Below are positions 22,808 to 32,000 of a stretch of 32,000 nt of DNA, piece by piece. The DNA comes from Rotaria sp. (lineage: Eukaryota): contig CAJNVN010000071.1 of NCBI GenBank assembly GCA_905330535.1, forward strand, positions 61,413 to 93,412. The letters run 5' to 3'. The translations under genes were made by a program, and so were the position numbers. The notes under the pieces were generated by a model. The model searched no databases and was not told the origin of the DNA. It saw nothing but the letters and a program-made list of their open reading frames with translations. Within the stretch, counting starts at the first letter, position 1; each line of letters starts with the position of its first letter.

Positions 22808-25136
22808 TTTGGAATTCTAGTTGTTGTTCAGTCAATATTTCGGCACACTATTAGAAACGACAACTGTCCTTGAGTATCAGCCGTAAATCATATGTTGGTC
22901 ATGTTTGTTTTTATTTTAGTCTAGTCATCGCTTATGCTCACGAAACAACTTTTGAATGTTTATTCATGAAAGAGTCTAAAGAGCTTATGTCTCAAAAATA
23001 GCAATAAAACTCTACTCCTTTGATTTAAAGGTTACGCGAGTTCAGATGAAAAATACACTTCGTTCTGAAATGGCGCTAAATGTTCAAAAAAAGGAAAAAG
23101 AAACTGTGGTTCAACTAAAAAAGCAACAAAGAATGACTCAAAGGCAGTGAAATGAAAACTGAATGACAATAGAATTTCTTCAGAAAGCTCTCAGTACTCT
23201 AGGTCATTATCATTTTCTATGCATTAAGTCTTTTTAGTGGATGTCCTGTTTTGGTCAGCGACATTTGACCAGTTGAAATAACTTTGGAGACATATGCTAT
23301 TTTTTGAAAAAGCTCATCTTTGTAAATTAGTTCTAAAGAAATTTGTATACTTCATGAAATATATGATATCAACTTGACCATTGTGAATTTTTCACAATCA
23401 TCTAATTGTCAAGGTCGTCTATCCAAAGCAGCAGTCAAACTTATACGTATCTGTTTTTTTAATAGCGAAGAGCGTCGAAATACTCAAAGGAAGCATTGAA
23501 TCAAGTAACCGATGTAGCTATCAATTCAGAATAGATAAAAACACACTTATGAGAATCCTGCTTTTGTCGGCTTTTTGACGCATAACAGAATCCACTCGAT
23601 TCAACTGTTTTGCAGCAAACAGTCAACACCGACATGCTTTTATGTTTGTCTAATCAAAATGGTAATTGTTAGATATGAATTATTTTCCCCAAGAAAGTGT
23701 GAAAAATGACCGCTGGAAGACTATAAATCAATAATCTTAGTTTTGAAAGCATTCTTTCACGATTGTCAATCGTAATAAAAAATTCTTCATATTCAGAAGA
23801 CACAAAGTAGAAACAAACAAACACTACTAACCATAGTTATTTCAAAATATTATGTTACATTTGACAATAGTCTAGAATAAGTATGTCAAGAAGTTTTGTT
23901 TTATGAATATCTTCTCTCTAGGTATCAGGTTAATATTATAAGTTGTATTTTGACACTAATTGAAAAGAAACAGTGCAATATTTTCTGTACCTTAGTTCGT
24001 ATAAGATTGTATTGATGATCAGATGTGTATTCCTATGTTGCTAGATGATGTTATCGACGACGATAGATCGATGAATAAAGACACTAGGATCTGTATGAAT
24101 ATTTATACAGAAAATGTTGCACAAATGGGTATTCTCCCGAACAAAAAGAGCGATATTAATCATCAGAGAAGAGAGTTCCCCACCATTAGCATAGTATGAC
24201 GATAGAAACAGAACGAGAAGTAGTAGTATTGATATCCATGTGTTGTTTTGTGTATCGTAGGCGGAGAAATACACGGTAACCCATTGATGGGAAAAGTTTC
24301 TTCTGTATTTATACAGCGACCGAGAAACAATTTTCGATGAAAAAGCAGAGTGTGAGTGTGAGTGTGAGCATGGTTGTGATATTCTCTTCACTAACGTTCA
24401 TACCCACATTCACACATCCATCCTGTAAATTTTAATTGCAAACCGAGCCATTGTTCAGCATTCAGTTGAAGAAGAAAAAAAAGAAAAGCACATATAAAAT
24501 ATAATTAAATTGATTTCATGCATAACAAATATTGCTATCAAAGTTGAGATGAATGGATATGGGTATGAGTGTGGGTGGGACTGAGGATTTGAATGATGGT
24601 ATGGATGTGATGTAGAGTATGTCTAAACTCACGCTCATAACCGTAACGCGAAAATTTTTACTAGTCAATAGTAACTTCGATGAATAGATCATGATTCTTT
24701 GACCATCACAATATTTTACATTTTTCGTTTTATTGTGTTTTCTGAAGAAATAACTTTTGTGCACTATCTAATATATTAAATCATATATTTCTCAATATTT
24801 CTTTTGTGGTCGACCGTTTGTGACATTTGTCGTAATAAAAACGAATTACAGTATCCATCTTTTCATTCATGCTTCTCATACACCACTCTGTATGTTAAAC
24901 AGTTAATGGTCAGTGACATCTACATACTGTACTGCGTGATCGTTAAATTCACGATCGCAAGAAAAAATTCGTAATCATGATTGTGATCACGATTGTAATA
25001 TATATGTTCTCAAATCTCAATAATTTCTTCAGAAATTTAATGTTCATATTGAAATCAGAAAAACATCTGACAGCTCATATGCTACTCCTAAGAAAAACCA
25101 AATAAAGAAAGCACAAGAGCTGATCTAATACTTGTA

Positions 25137-25205
25137 TACTGCGTGATCATCAAATTCACGCTCACAATACGCGTGATTGTGATCAAAACTACCAATCACG
25201 CAGTA
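25137..25205. repeat. Small inverted repeat with perfect 11-bp ends; a related sequence lies at about 24930-25000
   Basis: tactgcgtgat (25137-25147) and atcacgcagta (25195-25205). Upstream related copy begins tactgcgtgatcgttaaattcacgatcgc. Confidence 0.5.
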
Positions 25206-25247
25206 CACTATTCTAAACACTTCTTTATACCTATCTTATATTAACAG

Positions 25248-25430
25248 ATGGCACACAGTGAAAGAAACAAAACAGGAATCAGTACTAGTTATTTTATTTT
25301 TATTTGTTGTCTAGTTCTGAACATGAGTTTATTATTTCATGATATAGGTTGTCATTTTTGTCTTAAGACATATGTAACTAAAAATTGTGATAATTACGGT
25401 AATTTTTTTAGCCTTGTTATTCTCTCATAA
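25248..25430 (+). CDS. Short ORF with hydrophobic segment; possible exon of a small membrane/secreted protein
   Basis: MAHSERNKTGISTSYFIFICCLVLNMSLLFHDIGCHFCLKTYVTKNCDNYG..., preceded by tattaacag; possible donor ..TACG|gtaatt. No homology asserted. Confidence 0.2.
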   Translation: MAHSERNKTGISTSYFIFICCLVLNMSLLFHDIGCHFCLKTYVTKNCDNYGNFFSLVILS

Positions 25431-28400
25431 CACATAGTCTTAAACGTATTTTTCTGATTTTCATTTTTAAAATAATTGATTGAAAAATAGTTCTTCAAAT
25501 AGAGAATAAGATTGATAAATTTGTACATGTATTTATGAATTGGTACTGGAAAGTTCGTTTAGAGTTGAAGATCGTTAAACAATACTCATGCAGCTACTGT
25601 AAATTTCAACTTCTGAACTTCAGAATACGAAACCAATGCCAACTGAAGTTTTACTAATTAAAAGACAGCGATAAATCAAAAAGAAGAAAAAAAAAATTGA
25701 CGGAATTTCATAAAATCGATTCAATTGCACAAGACATCTTTCGAGAGTGCTCTCGCATTATCAGCTAACTTGGGTGAAATAGAGCTCTGGAAGACCTAAC
25801 ATCCATTAAAATTTGTTTCCTCTTCACGAAAGTGAAAATAAATTATAAAGAACAAAAAAAAATTATCCTTTCTCTTAATATTCAGAGTTGTCATCTTTGT
25901 TCCTCTTAAATTTATTTAAATTTTAATTGAATCTAAAGAAAAACGAGATTTGCAGAAATAAATTCTTCTATATCATATCTAATTACATTACAGTTTTAAT
26001 ACATATGAAGGAGTTAAATGGTTTATACCAAATGAATACTTTAAACGTTCAATAATTATAATTTGACCTCGATAAATTATGAGAAGATTTAATAAATGCA
26101 GTTTTCAATTATCATTGTTATTCTCTATACAGCTCGATTAAAAAAAATAAAATGAAATAGATGGATATGATTATCATTTTATAAAATGAGAACAATTTGA
26201 AAAAGATATTTAAAATAATTTATATACAAGAAATCTTTATACAATATCAAAATTATCTATTGAAACATGTTTTTGAAACATTAAATAAAAATTTTTGTTG
26301 TTTATTTTGTTACCTGAATAACTTAATCAATTAAAATATCCAAACAGATGTCCCTATGCTACTTTTATAAAAGCTTTAACAATTATTCAAAATATAAATG
26401 ATTAACAATTACTTGAAATTAGGAAAGAAAACAAACGATGAAAATATTCTAGAAAATTATTCTAATTTGTTTGATAAGAGTCTTTCTTTATATGACTCAT
26501 TTAAATATATTTTATGTAAATCAAAATTTGAAATAAAACATAATTAAATAAATTAGTTTCATTATAGATTAATAAGTTTTTTTCTTTAGTTTTGACTGTC
26601 TTTGATATTACTCAATACTTGAAAGACATTGTTCTTCATCATGTCCTATCTTAGCTGATATATTTGCATCGCTTTCCTTCAACAATTATTGACATTGAAG
26701 AAATAATATTATTTTTATTATTGTTTCTTCATTAATATAAGAATGAACACCAAAAGCAGCTGCTCGTGTTACAGTCAATAATCCAAGTAAAAATAATCTA
26801 GCCCAAATTTTGATCAATTACTTCTTGAAAAATATTCATTGAAACCAAAGTTTTAGATTAATAGAGAGCATTATTTGACTACGAGCTGACCTCACATACG
26901 CATTGCAGGGTTACTTTTTAAGATTATCCTTTAAATGTCATACGCTTGGATATGTGTTCTCTCCTATCCAAAATGTAATGCTCTTGCTGGGGTGTGGGTG
27001 TGCGAGAAGAAGAGTTCTAGTGAAAGATTGGAGCGATTAAAATCGATTATAATTTCAAAATTCTATGAGTAAAATCGAAAGTAATAACCTGATTTTTGTG
27101 CAGCACAATCAAAATTATAATCAATATCAATCGATTAAAAGTTTTTACTCTATTATAATTTGAATTTTGTTTCACAATAGGCATGCTGAATATTCTCATA
27201 CAGTTCACTTTATGCCAATTTCGATCGATTCTTTAAACTTTTGTACTCGTTTTGTAAACTATAAGATGAAGTGAAATTAAATAGAGACCCTTCCCATGTA
27301 AAAAAACGACGCAAAAATTGATTAAATCCAAAATTTTTCCCGTCTGTTTTACACGGGAATAATCTGTTCTAATTCTATGCTACCGGTAATCGGTTTCAAT
27401 CTCTTATTACGTTTTAATCACACCTACCGAAGATTAGTACTGTTTTCGAGCCTCGAACGCGATGCTCCAAACTTTCATGCTTTTTTTGGATTGCTCAAGT
27501 TTAGAATCCCTGAAATTGTCACCAAGCTGAACTCTGACAACTAAAGTAAAATTGTAACTGCTACAAAAAGTGTTTCAAATTGAGATATTGCAACTACATC
27601 AAAAGTCAATTATAATCGATTAATCTTGTAAAATATAATTTAATGTCGTAATATAACGAAAATACCAGTAGAACTAATTATTCGCTATTCGAATCATTTA
27701 TAGTCCATCTTTATCGTTCTGAAGACTAGCTCTCAATAATATATAGTATAAATAAACAAACGAAGAGAAACAGCCAGTCCACACTTGCTTGCGCTATAAG
27801 ATATATCGAAAAGTGATATGATCATTTGACTTATCATGTAAGCACAAGCTATTCTCTCTTAGAGGCTGTCAGATTGTTCTCGAAACCGCACTCAGATGGC
27901 TACGGTCCGAAAATTTCATGTTGACCGAATTTGGATTTCGAGTCCGTGAGGGTTTGTGTGTGGGTAAAAGTCTTCTGTCCTTCACTCACGCCTACTGAAC
28001 ACTAACGCACACATATCCCTTATATTCCTCTGAGTAATTTGACACTCTAAACACCTTACTGATATTTAATAACATCTTTATAATCGATTAACAAGATTAA
28101 AATCGATTCGGGATGAAAATCAGATTATAACGGGAATAATCAATAATAACCAGTGAACTATAGACTTTTTTTAATTGACTTAAAAAATTCAATAAATTTT
28201 GATCGGATTATCCTGCAAATAGTGATGGCATTGCAAAAAAGAAGAGATTTGACCAACAATAACCAAAAATGATTGCGATTCTCTTAAAAATATTTTTCAC
28301 TGAGATCATCATAGCTATATAAAACATTTCATAACTTCTCAAGAAAAAATTCAGATTTTAAATGATTTTAATAGCTGATTTGCTGACATGATGTTGTATA

Positions 28401-29661
28401 TTCACTTATGTTTGTTAGCGCTAGCTTTTTTCATTTATTTTACCATACTTTTTGATTTTATTTTTGAATAATTTACATTCAAATTTTTTTTCTGTAATAG
28501 CTGACCTTTTCACTGACATTGAATTCATCGTAGATTTTTTCGCTGTATTACGGTCTCATCTGTTCCTCATAAATTTCACTACCTTATACTTGAATATCTA
28601 TTATCAATTTCTTGCTTTTGAAACGCTGATTAAGAGAAGTATACATATTCCACCAGAAAGGTGCTAATCATTTCAAAATTAATCATTTTTATTGAAAGAT
28701 AAAGCAACAGTAAAAATGCTGTGCACAGCATTTATTTATTTTTCTGTTCTTCTCATATTTTTGTTTCATTTTATTTCATTCTAACTAATCCATCATTGTA
28801 GAAACGTCGCTAAACTTAACTTCTTCCGACTCAATTTAAACATTCAAAATATAATTTCAGCAATTCTCAATTCAAATAAAAGAATAGTTTTTATTTATTC
28901 TCTTTTTTTTATTCATTCATGTATATCCAATCTTTCCCTTCCTTGCTCAGAAAAAAATTAATCATAATAAATAAATAACCACGTGATAGTGTAATAGATA
29001 TGAGTATTTATTAAAAAATGCTTAATATTAAATAGTTGTTCAGTGAGTAATTTTCAATCGTGACACGTCCTACTCGGAACATATCAGTTAGAATAAATAA
29101 GCAGCTGAATATTTATAAAATAGCTACGGATATCTATTACACAGTACTAATAGTTATTAAATAGTATTAATGAATAAATAGATATTCACTTAGACATATG
29201 AACAACCAATAACTAACAGAACCTTCAATAAAATGAACTACATCATTGCAAAACTCTCTTCACACATTTCTGTTCACTATTTTTATCAATTATCTCACTT
29301 CAAAATTGTATTTCTAGTAAGCATGAGCTGTCAGTATTCAAGAGAAAAGTTCGAATATATACGAATACTGATTAGATTATTGTGTATCTATCGATGATAA
29401 GATAAATTCAGGATCACGACTGCTTTACTACATGTACAAATCTAATATTGTGAAAAATGACGTCACTTTGGTGAGTGTAAACATAAATATTCGTCGTTCA
29501 TTAAGATGTGTATCTCAACCGAAATGACGCATCCATTCTGTTCTTTTATCAATGATGACAAATAAGCATTTTTTTCATGGGCGTACGCACACAGCTTCGT
29601 GACTTTCGGATGCATAAAGATTTTTTTTATACGTGCATCATTTTATTGCGATCGATATGTG

Positions 29662-29669
29662 TATAAATA
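29662..29669 (+). promoter_or_regulatory. TATA-box-like element upstream of the small secreted ORF
   Basis: TATAAATA, 88 nt upstream of the ATG at 29757. Confidence 0.35.
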
Positions 29670-29756
29670 TAGAGCAAATTGCTGTAATATTATAAATATT
29701 CATATATTCTTCAATAACTAATCTACTACTACTGATTGTACACTCAACAATCGAGT

Positions 29757-30005
29757 ATGCTCACTATCACCAAATCATTTTACTGCATCGTTCTTTTGGC
29801 ATTAGTACTGACAACCTGTATGACAAGAGCAGTATTACAAGTGGAAGAGAACTACAGTGCTAACATGAATCATCATTACAGCCTACGTGAAATAGTGAAA
29901 GCATTTATTGCGAAGCGTAGTTTGAACTATTTATTGGTCATGCGATCTTTAGTCACACCAGAAACAGAAGATCTTTCCTTTCAAGTGACCAACATATTTG
30001 CATGA
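29757..30005 (+). CDS. Small predicted secreted peptide (82 aa)
   Basis: ATG at 29757 (the tracked ORF starts at an upstream TTG): MLTITKSFYCIVLLALVLTTCMTRA (signal-like) VLQVEENYSANMNHHYSLREIVKAFIAKRSLNYLLVMRSLVTPETEDLSFQVTNIFA*. Contains a KR dibasic site. Confidence 0.4.
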   Translation: MLTITKSFYCIVLLALVLTTCMTRAVLQVEENYSANMNHHYSLREIVKAFIAKRSLNYLLVMRSLVTPETEDLSFQVTNIFA

Positions 30006-31215
30006 ATCTCTCCTACTTTGAAGAATTATTCTGCCATGTGATCTTTATTCATATTATCAACTCTGAATATTTTCTTCGCAATGGGAAAAATAATTGACTA
30101 AAACGTTATTTTGAAGTATTCGTTTACCATGTTATTTTTGAACAAATTATGAAATTTAAAGTTTTCTTTCAAAGTGACAAAAATATTTGAATAAAATTTT
30201 CCTTTGAAGTAACCATTTGCTATGTAATCTTCGATAAATTACCAACTTCAAACAGTTGTTCTCGAGTGAACTGAATATTTTAATAAAATTTTCTTATTCA
30301 GTATTCATCTCAAATGCGATTTTCGATCAAGTCGCCAGTTTTATATATTTGCATCAGAATCATCATAATATTTGTATGAAGCATTCCTCCTCCTTTGAAA
30401 CGTTCAATGGGCAGGTAATCAATGACCATACTAGTAACTCTAAATATTTACTTCGAAGTGGTCAAAATGTTTGAATAATACGTTCGTTTGAATTATTCAT
30501 GTGACATGTGATGATCAATCACTTCATCAACATCAAATGTTCGCTTAAAAAGGAAAACAATCTTTGAAAAAGGTATTTATGATATGAAATATTCATTTGG
30601 CATGTGATCATCGGTGCTGCTGCGGAAATCGAAATATTTCTTTGGCAGTCATCAACATATTTATATGAAACACTCCTGTTTTGAAATTATCATTCACCAT
30701 GTACTCATTGGCCAAACTAGTAAATCTTAAGTTTTCTTTCGAAATTACTAAAATAGTTGTATAAAGCCTTCCTGTTGCGAAATATTCATTAGCCAGATAA
30801 TCGTCGCCAATACTATTAATTCCAAAACATTTTTGTGAAACGATAAAAAATATCTGAATAAAGTCTCCTTTTCAAGTGTTTATTTAGTATATGATGTTCG
30901 ATCATACTTATTAAATCAAAACTTTTACTTTACAGTGACCGAAAAACTTGAATAATGCATTGGTTTGATGCTTCCATTTGACAGATAATCTGCGATCGAA
31001 CTATTAGCTGTAAATCTTTGCTTCAACATGATCAAAATATTTATATAAAATCTTAATATTTTCAAGTATTCATTTAGTACGTGATCTTTGACTATCCTCC
31101 AATCTTTAAATCTTTTCTTCAAAGCGAGAAAAATCTTCGAATAAACCATTCCTTCTAAGTGTTCATTTATTTGATTACCTTCGATTAAGTTAAGAAGTAC
31201 ATTAAGCATTTCGAA
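29910..31215. repeat. Diverged tandem array, about 14 monomers, mean period about 95 bp (93-99)
   Basis: Recurring anchor (c/t)atgtgatc-ttcg/at at about 29939, 30035, 30128, 30221, 30313, 30412, 30505, 30601, 30698, 30794, 30888, 30982, 31078, 31171. Between anchors recur 'aaatctttncttcnaagtgacnaaaatatttgaataaa' and 'tcctttngaagtattcatttng'. Confidence 0.75.
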
Positions 31216-32000
31216 CGGAATAAAAAACATGTGAATAGAGCAACCATGATAAATAAAACAGGTATATTTATGTTTTCAATACTCTTTTGTCTTCAATTGA
31301 CAGTTTTGGTTCGTTTTAGAGAACATCACCTAATCAAGCTCAACATCTCATTTGAAACTCTCGTTGTTGTAAATAAATATTCTTCATCAGAATTTTTTTT
31401 TCAGTATTTATTTTTATTATCCAGTTCTAATTAAAGTTTTCATTACTGAAGGTGTCTGTTGTTGTATATACAATCAGTACTTCAGAGAATGGGTGTGGGC
31501 GAGCATGTAAAAGAGGGTATCTGTGATTGTTCTGTCTCGTAACACTCACACTCACGCCCGAATTTGACTTTGTAGTTTATTATTATTAAATTTCAATGTG
31601 ATTCAATGAGTTGAGTTTGAAAAGATTACCAATGAAATAACAAACTTCTATTCATATGTGACTGTCTGATAAGAGCATTTACAATTGATAATGATATTGA
31701 ACGAAGTAGAACTATTTTTTACCGAAATCTTTGTTAGATGCATAATTTGCAAAGACTGAGAACGTAAATCTTCTTGTCACTTCCAGCGTCTCAAATTGAT
31801 GAAAATTGCTGTTTATGAAAAGATAACTTTTTTCACTTTCATTAATAAGAAAGTTTCTCGTTGAATATAGGACGTGAGTGATTGAAGAAGATCACACTCA
31901 CACCTATAATCACATCCATGCAAACAAAAAACAACTGATTCTAACATTTCTGTTTCATTATCATGAATAAGTACTCTATTTGACTTATGCTGCGATGAAA

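Noticed and set aside
22493-22873. ORFs 22493..22873(+) and 22564..22749(-)
   Set aside because: Shadow ORFs of the PAN/apple-like exon, which has a signal peptide and recognisable Cys pattern.
25840-26640. Very AT-rich region as a possible origin or organellar insert
   Set aside because: No recognisable tRNA, rRNA or mitochondrial protein sequence. Simple AT richness is not evidence on its own.
1-32000. CRISPR array, operon-like cluster, toxin-antitoxin or phage-type system
   Set aside because: No short perfect direct repeats with uniform spacers. Genes contain spliceosomal-type introns and are sparse, so prokaryotic defence-type interpretations do not apply.

Overview
The window looks like animal nuclear DNA, most likely from a bdelloid rotifer. 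That call is an inference from short GT-AG introns, TGTGGG-like G/T-rich repeats and familiar receptor architectures; no search was run. It is not prokaryotic, and I see no CRISPR array, rRNA or convincing tRNA. Best-supported content: (1) a large minus-strand gene (about 4848-11245) for a receptor-like membrane protein with a signal peptide, LDLa and EGF-like modules and a C-terminal 7TM domain. It has a 1188-bp intron, a 51-bp intron, and one apparent frameshift at an A7 run. (2) A minus-strand two-exon gene (19808-20546 + 22464-22807) that joins, in phase across a 1917-bp intron, a secreted PAN/apple-like Cys-rich domain to an Asl1-like (GH128-type) glycosyl hydrolase domain. It is a candidate horizontally acquired gene. 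(3) A decayed 7TM receptor fragment near 1.9-2.3 kb. (4) Small multi-exon orphan models at 17-543 and 15744-16616. (5) A small secreted-peptide ORF at 29757-30005 whose 3' half is the first monomer of a diverged tandem array of about 14 units (roughly 95 bp each) reaching about 31.2 kb; the minus strand of this array keeps multi-unit open reading. (6) Several non-coding structures: G/T-rich foldback minisatellites, a long hairpin element at 12.7-13.05 kb, ACCGG-rich patches and a CGCCGAA-motif repeat. No complete novel system is demonstrated. The array and the PAN-hydrolase gene are the most worthwhile leads.
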